Below, piece by piece: positions 21,401-35,369 of a stretch of DNA of 64,000 bases. Source of the stretch: Tubulanus polymorphus (Eukaryota > Animalia > Nemertea); contig NC_134036.1 in the NCBI RefSeq assembly GCF_964204645.1, forward strand, positions 9,217,859-9,281,858, read 5' to 3'. How positions within the stretch are numbered: position 1 is the stretch's first letter; each line of letters begins with the position of its first letter. The translations under genes and the position numbers were made by a program. The notes below the pieces were generated by a model. It was not told the origin of the DNA and searched no databases. It worked only from the letters and a program-made list of their open reading frames with translations.

Positions 21401-24400
21401 TAATACAGGATGTTTCGCTAATGATGACTTAATCTAAGCTGCGCACTCCTGCATGTATGTGTGGCAGGGTTTTGTACCGTGGCGAGATTCGACACCATCA
21501 GACTTAATCTTTCCCGGGGAGGATGATTTAAAAGCCGGATGAGTGCATGGTTGTGAGCAGTTGTGACCTGGGAGCATGCGTGGTATGGGTGAGGGGTTAA
21601 AAGCCGAGTGTTGTAATACTGAAAGGTATGGGGCTATCCATAAAAGACGTCCATACAAAATATGGAAAATCTGACCCCCCTAAAATCCATATATCAGCTT
21701 GGTGCCCCCTCCCTCCTAGTCCGATGGACAGTAGACCTTAAGTTTCACACTTGATAAAGATTTGATGCAGCATAAAAAAAACTTAAATATTATTAACGTA
21801 TTTACATTTATTCCCTTAAACTGGTATTACAGTTATAACTTGTTCTGGTAAGTTCTGATAACTAGTCATTGAGGATTGAGTGGTTTTACTCATACTTTCA
21901 TCCACAAACGATGTCCCTAAACTAGTGTCCCCCCTCTTTTAAGATGGACATCCATATCAGAGGAACCCCCTTTCCCTTGTCCACAAGTCCAACAAATCTA
22001 AAACCCCTTCCCCAACTGCGTGGTTGTCTTCTATGGACGGCCTCTATACACTGTACTGTAATATGTCAATATTTACTATTTGAGGTGGCAGCCAACGGTA
22101 AAAAAGGATGGTCTGGATACAGTCGAATGGTTTACTTTTACACAATAGAAGGCAGTAAGTGCAGCTCGTAAATTGATAAATGAAGACACAACAAACGTTT
22201 CAATAACACACAATACAAACCGATTCCTCGTCAGTTGTTGCAGGTCGATTTCCGATTGTTTAGACCACGGACTATAAAAATCAATTCGTTTTAGAGTCCA
22301 TATTTGGACTCAAGAGTCAATGCTAGCGTACCTAGAAATATGAAACTGACTCCGCGGGATCGCATGTGTAAGGCACTGAGATTAAGAGACTTCTTCGAAA
22401 ATACCGATTCTAAGCCGGAATATAGCTACAATAATTCGAATGTTTCTAACCGGTCGAAACGCTTATTACAGGGTCCCAACGACTCCTTGATTCCTTGAAA
22501 ACACTTTCCGAACCAAAAAATAGTTTTGAAGGTCCTTGAATATCCTTGAATTTGAGCAAAATGTCCAAAAGTCCTTGAAAACTCGTGGAATTTTGTGAAA
22601 TTAGCAATTAGAAAATTGTTAGGTTTTTTAGGCCTTGTTATTATACGCACAGATACCACCGAATTAAATGAATCAGCGAGAACTCTTTACCGATTCAGGA
22701 GGAGTCGATAGTAATTTGGATATGAAATTGATGCGGACACTAACTCAAAATTTGAAATTTTCTTCCTGAAAAGTCATTGCATTCTCGAATGACTGACTGA
22801 TCGGTAGAGACCCTGTATTATGATCTCATTCAATAGTTCACTTACCCGTATACCGATACATAAAAATGATTCTTTTTTCGATAACCAAACTCGAATACTA
22901 GATCTCTGTGAGTACGGGTCAAATTATTGCATGTGAATTGCAACTGGTTTCAGAAGTGAATAGCTTCGCTTCGTTTTTAGTATCGAGTGAGTGGTTTATG
23001 AGTGAACGCGCTCTCTTATTAGACACAGGCCAAATTTGACTCGGGGCCTGATCCGTGCCAAATTAGTTCCGTGTGATCGCGGCTATGATCATCACCGCTC
23101 GGGACATGAAATCATTCGAAACTTGCTAGACGCATTTCTCCTCTTTCTTGATAACATCTGTACACACGTTTCAGAACCCGGGCCCCCCGACGCCGTCAAC
23201 GCGTCCGACATAACCGAATCCGGCGCCGAGCTGACGTGGAAGCCGCCCAAAAGTCCGAACGGGAAAATCTCCGGATATAAGGTATGGACGAACATGTTAG
23301 CCACTTACCTTGAAATAAATGAAAGTCGGGGCATTTTCTTGTCTTCAAAAAAGTCAGAGAATCTTGTAAAAAAGAGCTCAGGATCAGGGAATTTTCTTTA
23401 GAAAAAGTCAGGGAAGTCTGTGGCTGCAAGACATATATACAGTGCCTATAGTCAACAATACACCGTTACTATTCGCATTTTGTGTATATGAGCCGCGGTG
23501 CAGGAAGCGAAACCCTGCCGTAGGCGACGTTGAGATTCCGAGAAATATTCGTGATAGAATAAATGATGTGAAGTCAATGTATATGTTATATGTAAAGTTA
23601 TTTGTTTGTATAAAGTGTAACGGTAGTTGGTCGTTCTTTTGTTCGTTCTCTTGTCAGTATTCCAGTATTCTGTAGTATTGTGTTGTATTGTTGTTGTTGT
23701 CTGGTATTGTTATTTTCCCGCCTCAAAGTTTATTGGCATATCCGTTTCCGGGTTACTCCCGCATTTTGTGTAATATTTTTGGCACTTGGTCGTTGGAGCT
23801 CCTCGGAGTATCAGTGCTTGTCTGTGTGCTTGCTATATTGGAATCTCCCTCAGTCGTCATGTAAGTTTTGTGCAAATTTATATAAATTAATTATTGTAAC
23901 TGTTTACAACATTTCCTACCCTTATAATATTTGTTTTTGTAGAAACGTGTAATATTCGTCGTTTGTTTTTGTCGTCGTAATTTGAAAATAAACGCATCAA
24001 TGAGAAGTATCGACTGACTTCGTTTGTCATTTGCAACAAATGATATTGTATTTATTGTTAATCCACCTAACGTGATCACCGTGTACCTGAAATATCCCTC
24101 GTCCTTGTAAATGCTGTAACGATATTACATGCATTTATTTATTTGTTCATTTATTTATTTATTTATTTCCTGAATTATTTACATCAATGAATACCAGAAT
24201 CACCAGATGACAATAGATAATTGATTTGTTTTGCATATACATTATATAAACGTAAACAGCAGGGCAACCAGAGAAAAACAGAGCTTGTAATATCAGGCAC
24301 CCTAAATGAAGACATAATTCCACATTGAGTGAAAATATAGGAGTCTTAATAGATAGGTTTCCTTGATGAGTTGATGATCTATTTCAACGTATCGACTATA

Positions 24401-27400
24401 TCCTTATGGTCATCGTCAGGTATACAGAAGATCCTGTTATATCCGCTTGTTGACTTTCATAAGAATATAGTCGAAACGTTGTATAAATAAAGATAGATTA
24501 TTAGCCCAAGGAAATGCCTCGATCCCTTCTCTCTTTCTCAGTGTTGGATTTCACGACATCTTAGCTGTTTTTCTCTTTTCTTTTAATTTCATTTTCCCCG
24601 TAACATCCTATGTCGATATATGGACGGTGAAAAATAAAAACAGTTGGCGTGTAAACCCGTGCAAACTTTACAGGGCAAAGCGTTAGCACAAGCAGTTGGA
24701 ACGCCGATCGAATTCGAAGTAAAGGAAACGCGGAAAGAATTGACTAAACTCGAGTCTTTTACGCAGTACGCCTGTAACGTGACAGCTAAAACCGGCAAGG
24801 GGTATGGTAATTCGGCGCAGTGGAAATTCTGGACATCAGGTAGGCGTGATTGTCCTGGTTTTGTATCTTGCAATGCGGACTGTCCCTCTTATAAATATGA
24901 TCATTTGACTTTGATTTGATTCGGTGTCCCTTACAAACCTTCTATTGTACGCCAGCCTGGAGCGAAACTAGGGACCCCTCAGGGCGGATCCCTTGAAACG
25001 AATTTTTTTAGCGTAAGGGGGTAAGCAGTGGGAAATAGTCACAGATACGCTTCTGTAAAAGAGAAATAAATAAAACGAAAAACGATTTTAAATGTTTACA
25101 GAGAGATTTATACAATTATAATATTCATTGATCGTTGATCGTGCGGTATCTCTGTAGGTCAACTCGACATTTCACCGCCCGAGGTAGTTAGAGTCACAAA
25201 TTCGACCATCGACATCAAACTGACGCCCGTGACCAAAGGCAATGTCAGGTAACGACGACAATTTTGATGAAATACTCTTGAGCCCGCGTTGTAGAGATGG
25301 TAGAAAAATATTAAAAACGAAAAGTCCGAAATTTTTCTTCGAGCTTTTAGTTTATCTGAACTTTTCAGCAATCTTGTATTTGTGAAGATGACTAAGGGTC
25401 TAGTCAAAGCGAGTAGATGTTACTAAGGGTCTTACTGTTGATTACTGATTAATTTGAACAGAAATATGAAAGATGTTACTCAGGGTCTTATTGTTGATTA
25501 CTGATTAATTTGAACAGAAATATGAAAGATGTTACTGGGGATATTACTTTTGATTACTGATTAATTTGAACAGAAATATGAAAGACGTTACTGAGGGTCT
25601 TACTTTTGAATTCTTGAATCGATTTCAGCGCGTACCACTTCGTGGTCGAGAAACAAGACGTCCCAATCGGCGGTCGCAAGAAGCGCGCTGTGGCGATCCG
25701 CGGCGAACGTCGATATGAGAACTACGAGGAAGCGCGCCGACGCGGACTGAAGGCGTACCTGGCGGCGGTTGTCGTCGAATTGTCGCTTACGGCGTTTACG
25801 ATCGGCGACGGTAAGAACTACAGCGGATTCTACAACGCGCCGTTACAGAAAGAGACGCCGTACGTCGTCATACTGGGCGTCGAAACTACCGTCGACGGGG
25901 TACGCATAGATATTATTTAACCCTAAAGAGTGCTTTAAGTCGCAAATCAGCCGCGACGATAATGACAGCTAATTTCGATAGATGGCGCATTAGTGTAGAC
26001 TGCTGAGGTCGTGATATAATACAACAAGTGTCGATTGAGATCGTATACCTCTAAGGGGTAGGGTGGGGGAGTAGGGCGCAAAAACAGGCTTAGCTCAGCA
26101 CAGCTACTATCGGACGTATTATGGATGTCAAGAAATCTGCAACGGTGCAGTATAACAAATGTTTAATGCATTTATGTGTCATTAAGCAGTAAGATGAGTA
26201 ATGGGAATACGTTTTTAAGGCCCCCGGTATATTGTAGCTTTATGAGGGTCATATCCCTATGCTTTCCCACTAATCCTAGACCAAGAATGAAATAAATCGA
26301 GTCTGAAAAATTTTTTTTCTCGAAATTTAGCAGAATGTCGACGTGACGTACACGCGCATGCAAGGCGAACCGATCTACCCTCGCGATGATCAGAGCTCGG
26401 TCGTGTTGTTGGTAGTGGTGGCGGCGGCGGTGTTACTCGTCGTGTTGTGCGCCGTCGCTGTTTTCTTGCTCGTGAGGTAACGTATACGATATTTCGCCCC
26501 TGTCCCGCTCCCAGATTTCGAGAATTGACGCCGGCGAACTATCGCGATTTAGGTTATTTCCGAGCTACAGCGATTTTCGATCGTCCAGGCTTCAGCGCTT
26601 CACCTGAGGAGTCTTTGACTAAGAACGATTTCAAAATCAACCAGACATTAGACATTTTATCAGCTCACTTTCAAAAACTGATCGTTCACACTTCACATGT
26701 GTTCAGTGCCTCACCTAAGAATTTCGATTGAAAATGTAAATCAAACACCAGATATTAGACATTTTATCAGCTCACTTTAAAAAAACTTACTGATCGTCCA
26801 CATTTCACGTGTGTTCTGCGCTTTACCCGAGACATTTTAAATTGTAAATTAACTACAAACACCATACAGACATCAAACATTTTATCAGCCCTCCTTCAAA
26901 AGATTTGTCGTCCACACTGAACATGTGTTCAGTATCTCACCTGAGACATCTGATCAGTGCAATTTCCAAAACGACCATCGACATGTCAGACTACAATCTG
27001 TTTTGTAAACAGAAACGTCTGCATCGATTACATTTAAACCGCCTTCAGTACAATCTCGTTAACTCGTTTCCCAGAAATAGAACCAAAATAGTCGAATCAT
27101 AGTCGAATCGTTACGATCTATTTATTGTACGGCGGCGATGCATATTTCACGTTTTTTTCATCGCAGGAACAAACGGCGTGTGGTATGCCTCACGAAGCGG
27201 TCGAACGAAACAACCGGAGAGTCGGCGCCGATGCAGAACATACAAGGTCGACAACCCGCCGCCACCTCAGGCGGTCAACCCGTCATAAGTGAGCATTCTA
27301 TTAATAGCTTTTATCTGTGAAATTTGACGTTGTACCGGCACGTCTACTGCGGCAGGCGAGGAGGATCCGCTCAGAGTGTGGAGCGGCCAACTGTTTCCTG

Positions 27401-30400
27401 ATTTTCAGTATTCTGATTCAAATGTTCCTAATTTTCAGTCACGGAAAATCCTTATTTCTTGTTTTTGGTTCGACTCCATTTCCATAGTCATTCAAAAGCA
27501 TGCTTACAGCGAGCTCGGCCATGTTTCAATCTTCCATCCTCGAGCGAACATCCAGGTCTACCAACTTCCTTAGTGAACACCTCAATATAATGAACCCTCC
27601 CTATAATGAACATCATTTGCCCGGTCCCAAAATGTTACTAAAATACATAGATCAGTACCTCCCTAATAGTGTGCACCTCCCAATAGCGAACAGTGAACAC
27701 TGTTTCAGGTACATGAGGTTCATTTTACTTCCCTATAGTGAATGAACAGTGGTTATGTGCCAACGCGGCTAGTTAGTCTTGGCCTATTCAGCTCACTTAC
27801 TCTGTTCAGGTTTATTGATATTTGTTACATTTGCAGCTGTCCCCGATCCAGCAATAGCAAGAGCCGGAGGAGCACCAGCTGTAGCAATAGCTTCCGCATC
27901 AGCAGCAGCAGCAAAAGCCACCACTTCAGGAGCAGAAGCTGAAGACGACTTGTACGAAACGGTCGAGTTGTCCGGCGTCTCCGTTCAAGACCTTCTCAAG
28001 CACACGCAGCATAAACTGGACGACAACATGAAGATTCTTAAAAACGAATTCGAGGTAGAGCGACCAGATCCTCCGCTTTAATCCGACGTTGCGTAAATAA
28101 CCATTCACAATCGGCGTTATTTCGTATTTCTATTTCTCAATTCTTCGATAGAGCGTTCCGAAATTGAAAGAAGGCGCCAGCGAGGTGGCATCCAACAAAG
28201 AGAATATGAAGAAGAACAGATACCATAACATCGTGACCTGTAAGTGTGCTCTTGGGAGTTTTGCTTCATTAATTTAATTCTAGACTTTTGCATTCATTTC
28301 GTTGCTTTTTTCCAATTCCTCCTAACTCTCGCGTGGGGTTCTCTTCCTTTTTCTCGGAAAATCCTTATTTCTTGTTTTTGGTTCGACTCCATTTCCATAG
28401 CCATTCAAAAGCATGCTTACAGCAAGCTCGGCCCTGTTTCATTCTTCCCTCCTCGAGCGCACATCCAGGTCTGTCTACCAACTTCCTTAGTGAACACCTC
28501 CCTATAATGAACACCATTTGCCCGGTCCCAAAATGTTACTATCTAAGATACATAGATCAGTACCTCCCTAATCGTGTGCACCTCTCAATAGCGAACAGTG
28601 AACAATGTGTCAGGTACAGAAGGTTCATTTTACTTCCCTTTAGTGAACAGTGGTTATGTGCCAACGCGGCTAGTTTGTCTTGGCCTATTCAGCTCACTTA
28701 TTCTGTTCAGGTTTTATTGATATTTGAAACATTTGCAGCTGCCCCCGTAGCAGCAGTAACGAGAGCCACAGGAGCACCAGCTGTAGCAATAGCTTCCACA
28801 TCAGTGGCAGCAGCAACAGCGACGGCAGCAGCAGCAAGAGCCACCACTTCAGGAGCAGAAGCTGAAGACGACTTGTACGAAACGGTCGTGTGGTCCGGCG
28901 TCTCTGTTCACGACCTTCTCAAGCATACGCTGCATAAACTGGACGATAACATGAAGATTCTTAAAAACGAATTCGAGGTAGAGCGACCAGATCCTACGCT
29001 TTAATCCGACGTTACGTAAATTATCATTCACAATCGGCGTATATCGTATCCCTTATTCTCAATTCTTCGATAGAGCGTTCCGAAATTGAAAGAAGGCGCC
29101 AGCGAGGTGGCATCCAACAAAGAGAATATGATGAAGAACAGATACCGTAACATCGTGCCCTGTAAGTGTGCTCTTCGGAGTTTTGCTTCTTCAATTCTAA
29201 TCTAGAATTTTGCATTAATTTCGTTGCTTTTTTCCCAATTCTTCCTAACTCCCGCGTTAGGTTCTCTTCCTTTTTCTGACCTTACGGCTCCTTTGGCTGT
29301 GCGAAACAGTATTTTTCTGAGGCTTACTTTGACATTTCGAACTTAATCGCGGCATAGAATTACAGCGTTGTACTAAATGTTGTTATCATTGTCAATGCTT
29401 ACTACGTTGATCTCATTTTTACCGCGCTCAGCCCTCCTCGCCCTGATTATCGTACTTTGTCGTTTCGACCATCTTTGTCTTTCATCTTCCAGATGATGCC
29501 TCTCGAGTCGTGCTGGAAGTGGAGCCGGGCGCTGATCCTTATAGCGACTATGTCAACGCCAACTACATACAGGTAATAATGAGGTTAGGGGGTGCGATGA
29601 GGCATAGGGACAGATATTATAGGGGGTTACCCAATAATTACAAGCGAATGTATTCAATACAAACACGTATTCGTTGTTGAACTTGCAGGGCTTTGTACAG
29701 GGAGAAGGACACATCGCTTGTCAAGGTATTTATTTGCGTTCTTCGTCGTTTTAGTAAAGCAATGGCGATCAGCTTTGTCTTGTTTTCAAAATGTAAAGAC
29801 TTTTGAACCTTGCAGTTATTTTTAATAGTTTTTTCTATTGAAAATCTTCAATAAATGTGCGGAGTATATACGACCGATTGCCGGTGCAAGTGAATCTTGC
29901 TGGTATCAATGTACAGCCTGAACCTCGCAAACATCGGACATAAACGTTTTAATAACAAACTTCACGAGAAAAAAACGTGATCGTACTCGATAAACGAGTG
30001 TTCAGGATTTCACCTGAAATATATCGATCGAAATTGAATGATAAACACCGGATATTAGACACGATGCCCGAACGCGACGGACGGTCCGGGTCGTGGACTG
30101 ATACTGTCATTATACGTTTTCAGCACCGTTGGAGTCGACTATCGAAGACCACTGGCGGATGGTGTGGCAGCTGAAATGTCCGTGTATCGTTATACTAACC
30201 GAACTCACCGAGGCCAACAAAGGAGGAAAGGTAGTTAACACGTATATTGCGGCGGATAATTTCTTCGATCGTGGTTTGTTCAGAAATGATGCGTTAATAC
30301 TGGGTCCAAATGATAGCTACCTATTATATTCATTTATTAATGCATTTCTCATATTTAGGCTCATAAAGCGAGCTGAAATGTGACCCTATCGCCCTCTCTG

Positions 30401-33400
30401 GTCAAATCTATGAAATTTCCCCCGTTAAAAACGCCTTTCACCCTGGGAATGAAGGATCTCCGGAACATAAAATTCGTGGGAAACAATAGGGTGCTATTCG
30501 ATTTCAGGTAAAATGTACGCCGTACTGGCCGACGGAAGCGCCGAGAACGTACGGGAATTTGACCGTGTCGATTCGCAAGGAAACGAAAATATACAGCGAT
30601 CCGGTGGTTTACTGTCACTACCTGACGATATCGAAGGTATATAGATCTTTCGTGTTCTCTCAAATCTAAAAATCCTATACTTACCGCAAAGAAGGATCGT
30701 CCGCTCTGTTCGCGAAATTTTTTAGTCAAAATCACTCGGTTTCTTTTAAATAATAATTCGATCGTAAATGAAAAATATACCAATTGTTGAGTAGAAAAAA
30801 ATTCGTCTATGTAAATATTCATGGTCCTGCGATGATTTATGGATTCAAGAGTCTAAAAATCAAGTTTAAAGTTGATCGAAGATTATAAACTTTCAGACAA
30901 TGTAAGACTGCGTGCTTCTCTAGTGGGATGGTTCGTGTTGCAGTTGCCCAGTTCTAAAGATTCTAGTTTTTTCCTCATTATATAACCCGTTCCATTCCAG
31001 CCAAAGTGCGATAGCCACGATCTGGTAATATTCCAATACAAGGGTTGGCCCGATCACGGGGTGCCGTTCCCCGCTTCGGAGGTCGTCATTTTGCAGCAGT
31101 TCATCAAGGAACGCATGGCTGGCATCCCCGGACCGGTAGTCGTCCACTGCAGGTAAATTTTCAAGCAATCCGCGCAACACTTATGTGATATCGGTTTCAC
31201 TTTTAACGTTTAAAATTGAATATGAACTACAAACAACAGACATTAGACATTTTATCAGCACACTTTCAACAACTGATCGTCCACACTTCACATGTGTTCA
31301 CCGCTTCACCTGAGACATTTTTAATTGAAAAATGAACTACAAACAACATACATTAGATATTTAATCAGCACACTTCAAAATTAAAAAACGATCATCCACG
31401 TTTCACACGTATGATCAGAATTTGACATGAAATATTGAAAATGATCACCACAGACATTAGGCATTTTATCAACGCATAAAGTGACATGTCGTTTTCTCTT
31501 TATTCCAAGCTCCGGATGTGGATGGACAGGCAGCTACTTGGCGGCCGAGTATTTGATGAACGAAATCGCTCGCTGCGGCAAAGCGAGCATTTTCTCCATA
31601 TACAAACAGATGCGGGATAGCAGGCCGGAGATGATCCAAAATCTGGTAAGGAAAAAATCGGGGATTACTCAGGGAGTTTTACAAGTTTGACCAAACACCT
31701 GGTAATTCGAATAGTGATACTGACCACGTGTTTCTTTATCAATACGTCATTCAATCAAAGATGAATGGATTGTAACATTTTAAACCGAGTAATTTCTCTG
31801 ATTCACTCACGGGGAATTTTATGTAATCACATGGCAGGGAAAAAACCTAGGGCCCGGTTTTAGAGACTGGTGTTATATTTAACCCGAGGGGTTAACTCAA
31901 TTGAAAGTGAAATAAGTTAGCCCCCGGGTTAAAGTTAGTACCAGTCTTTAAAACCGGCCCCAGGGGATTTGGGAACGGGTGGAAAGTGGCCAGCCTAATC
32001 TGCCGGTACTGACTCGTGGTTTCTTTCTTCTCGATTACAGAAACAGTACCTGCTCGTGCACCAGATTTTACTGGAGGAACTTGTGTTGGGCGTATCGCGG
32101 CATCCGGTCGCCGGATTCGAACAGTCGTACCGCAGACTGCTCGATTCGACCGATATCGTCTCGTCGCGTTCGTTGGCGATCTACGACAAAATCGAGGAGC
32201 AATTCTTGGTACGTATACACAAAAAAACGAACACCGGGCTTTGTGAATACGTGTATCTTATCAGCGCATTTTCAAAAACTGATCGTCCTCACTTCACATG
32301 TGTTCAGTGCTTCATATGAGAGACATTTTCAATTGAAAATGAATTACAAAAAAACCAGACATTAGACATTTTTTTATCCGCACACTTTCAAAAACTGATA
32401 GTCCACACATTCTGTTCAATGTTTCACCCGAGACATTTCGAATTTAAAATGAACTATAAACACCAGACATTACACACTTCATCACACTTTCGAAAAAGTG
32501 ATTGTCCACACTTCAAGTGTGTTCAGTGCTTCACCTGAGATATGTTCAAAAGAAAATGAACTACAAACACTAGATATTAGATATTTTATCTGCACAGTTT
32601 CAAAAAACTGATTGTCTACAGTCCGCATAAGTGAATGCCTGTCAAATAGGGCTCGATTGAGGCGTTCCTTAAAGCTGCGAACTACATATTTGAATATAAC
32701 CGAAAATTTGTTTGAATTCGAGAGACTGATCTTCACGTTGTTGTTTTACAGGTTTACAAGGCGTCGACAGTCGTGCAAAGTAACGAATCGGTCGCGTACG
32801 CCAAGTCGGCGAATATAGCCACCAAATCGCGACACCCCGATATCATACCCGAAAAGCAACATTTAGTTCCGTTACCGTCGATGGACAAATTTGCGGCCGA
32901 CCCGGTGAAAAACCCGACCTTCGTCAACGCGACCTTTATACACGTGAGGAGAAACATTCATTGTATATATACAAACAGGTGTCTCGACAAAAAGGTTCTC
33001 GGTGAACCTACTCTCCTCACAGCTGTAGCGGAAGAGCAGCGAGTAGAACAGACGCAATAGATTATCTGTGAACCCCCTCTCATCACAGCTGTAGCGGGAG
33101 AGCAGCGAGTAGAACAGAAGCAATAGGTTATCCGTGAACCCTCTCTCCTGACAGCTGTAGCGGGAGAGCAGCGAGTAGACCAGATGCAATAGGTTATCGG
33201 TGAACCCCCTCTCCTCACAGCTATAGCGGGAAAGCAGCGAGTTGAATACATTTTTCTCGGTAATAGACTCGCGTTGATAAAATCATTTTCTTACAGACTT
33301 CAACTCGAGACAACATGTTTATCGCCACTCAGACGCCGCTGCCGTCAACCGTCAACGAATTCTGGTGCACGGTTTTCGATCACGGATGCGAGATACTCGT

Positions 33401-35029
33401 CATGATGCACCAAGAGGATCAAAATGACCGGGTTAGTACGCACGAGACAAATGACAGTTGTTCAAAGGGTGGTTAACGATAACCGGCCGATAAGTACCGT
33501 AGAAACAACGGAATTCTAATTGTCACCATTTCAACTATCCACTCGTTGAACTCTAAACAACTTTTGAGCATTTGTAATAATATATTATATGTTTATATAC
33601 AGACTTACTGCGACTACTGGCCGAGCGACGCACCGACGACTTACGGATTGTTCACCGTCACGCCACGAGGAGGCGCGATCGTTGTCCCCAACTCCACAGT
33701 TGTCAGCCGGGAATTCGAGGTCGAAAAGAAAGGCGGCGTAAGTTCATTTTCTCCATCGGCGGTGTTTTGAGCTAATTATCTTCAATGACAGCAAGCGTTT
33801 GCCCTCAGAGAAAAGTACTCAAATGTTGCTAAGGGTGTTCAATGATACCCAGGGGCATATTTAATGGTATCCTTGCATTGTAAGATGGCTTAATGGACTC
33901 TTCTTTTTCAAGCTGGAAGTGTGCGCATTGTTCTTGTAGGCGGCGAGATACGTTTGCCAATTCCAGTTCACGGAATGGGACGCCAATCAACTGCTTCCGA
34001 GTAAAGAGACGTTGTTTTCGCTCGTCGACATCGTCACCAACGAACGCAAAACGAGCCCGATTCTAGTACATTGCATGTAAGTATAACTTAATGAATCGTT
34101 GAAGTTATCGAGAGTGAGAAGATCGTCATTAGTAACTAATCATAATTTTACTGATTTGTTAAATTCGATTAGAATGGGGTCTAGGCCGTTTACAGTAACA
34201 AATCGTGATTTTGTTTTCGTGGTTTGATAGGGATGGCGCGACGCGGACTGGTTTGTTTTGCGGAGCCTACGATTTATTGAGCAGAGCGGCGTCTGACGAT
34301 ACTATCGACATCTACAACGAACTGCAGTACATGAGGAGAACACGCGCTCAATTCATCCCCAACTGCGTGAGTATCTGTGATACTTTTGATTGGAGAGAAT
34401 CTCATACCACAGTACACTGTCGTGACGCTTTCTCGATCGTTAATTTGAAACAGCAGCCAGACTTGGAAAGCGGCCTCTTTGTCATATTAGGAGACACCGT
34501 CCTTATTGGTAAAATACTGATCACCTCAGGGCGGCCACTTACCAGGATATCACGGAGAAATCAGGGAAATATCTTTTCTTTACAAAAGTCAGGGGATTTC
34601 GTAAAAAAGCTTAAGATCAGGCAAATGTCGGTTAGATTTGTTGTGATTGTTAGATCGCGCGTAAAATCAAACAGTTTCCGTCTATGTCCGCATATTTGAC
34701 TGCGTTAATTGATCGGATTCTTAGCAGATTAAGTCCGGGAAAATGACGTGCATGTCAGGGAAAAGTCAGAAAAATAGCAAGTGAAATAAAATCAAAACAC
34801 CCCGCTTCTACCTACGCGGTAGGAAACGCCATCCAGACGGGAAAGTTGTCTCCTAAACGCTTAAGGTGACGCACCATCCAGTTTGGCGAAATTGTTCCCA
34901 GCTCCCTGCGTATTGAGAGTCTTAAGTACTACGTACTTTTATATTTTGTTTCAGGCTCAATTTCGAATTCTGCACGAAATTCTCGTCTTGTACTTCCGCG
35001 ATTTCGACATGTACGCCAACTTCAGATAG
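15601..35029 (+). CDS. Receptor-type protein tyrosine phosphatase (FN3 repeats, TM, tandem D1/D2), multi-exon; 5' exons outside window; possibly inactive
   Basis: GT-AG exons e.g. 16118-16352, 17037-17351, 18044-18340, 21002-21243, 22085-22154, 23175-23281, 24644-24839 (FN3), 25629-25899 (RKKR furin site, IGDGKNYSGFYNAPL), 26365-26476 (TM), 29493-29572 (DYVNANY), 31001-31152 (WPDHGVP, VVVHCS), ~31510-31645, D2 exons 32752-34366 (ILVHCM/DGATRTG), last exon 34955-35029 ending YANFR*. Confidence 0.92.
15797..16011. mobile_element. Small MITE-like element in intron
   Basis: AAATCCCACAATTACGTGATCGA ... TCGATCTCGTGATTGTGGGATTT imperfect terminal inverted repeat. Confidence 0.5.
16480..16745 (+). 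repeat. ~107-bp tandem repeat family (also ~26570-26950, ~31210-31480, ~32260-32620, and inverted ~36540-36810)
   Basis: Recurring CAGACATTAGACATTTTATCAGCACACTTTCAAAAACTGATCGTCCACACTTCACATGTGTTCAGTGC..GAAAATGAACTAC units. Confidence 0.85.
17630..17930 (+). repeat. ~39-bp minisatellite
   Basis: Repeated GGAACTGGATCTAGAGTCAAATTAAATCTACGCAACTGC-like units. Confidence 0.8.
18455..18489 (+). repeat. (ATA)n microsatellite
   Basis: Direct inspection. Confidence 0.9.
19064..19378 (-). mobile_element. tRNA-derived SINE
   Basis: Minus strand: tRNA-like head (GGCGAGTGGTCAGAGCG), central GGGCAAGACACTT..CTCTCCACCCAGG domain, tail GCGCTATATAAAT..ATTATTAT. Confidence 0.7.
20713..20854. mobile_element. 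Short MITE
   Basis: CAGGGGCCAGTTGCTCAA ... TTGAGCAACTGCAGCCCTG inverted termini. Confidence 0.6.
25418..25610 (+). repeat. ~56-bp tandem repeat (~3.5 copies)
   Basis: TGTTACT..GGGTCTTACT.TTGATTACTGATTAATTTGAACAGAAATATGAAAGA units. Confidence 0.85.
27442..29277 (+). repeat. Tandem duplication (~915-bp unit x2) containing two RPTP exons
   Basis: Units 27442-28354 and 28355-29277 both start CGGAAAATCCTTATTTC and end GGTTCTCTTCCTTTTTCT; each holds the ..EDDLYETV..KNEFE and SVPKL..KNRY.NIV exons. Confidence 0.93.
31850..31960. mobile_element. Short palindromic MITE
   Basis: GGGCCCGGTTTTAGAGACTGGT ... ACCAGTCTTTAAAACCGGCCCC with internal AACCCG/CGGGTT. Confidence 0.65.
33001..33245 (+). repeat. 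66-bp tandem repeat (~3.7 copies)
   Basis: GTGAACCC..CTCCTCACAGCTGTAGCGGGAGAGCAGCGAGTAGAACAGA.GCAATAGGTTATC units. Confidence 0.9.
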
Positions 35030-35369
35030 AGGCGCGGTTGTGAAATGGATAACGCTTCTTCACGTTGACTGGACTTCGTGTTTTTTTGCGCACGAAACCG
35101 AAGCGTTTGCAGCAGGCGGGGACGTACTTATAAAGGAACGGTTTATTATAGGTTACATATAAATCCAGATTTCGTATCACGGTAAAGCATTTTCGATTTC
35201 TTTTCTTCTGTTAACTGAAACGGTTTGTCTTGTATCGATTGAAATGATTGAAGCGTATTTTATCAATTGAAAATTTCTGTTTGATTGAATCGCATTTTGT
35301 AAATTTAAAGGTATTTTGGTGATCTTTTGTTAAAAACGTATTTTGTTAATGTTGACGATTTTCTGGCTT

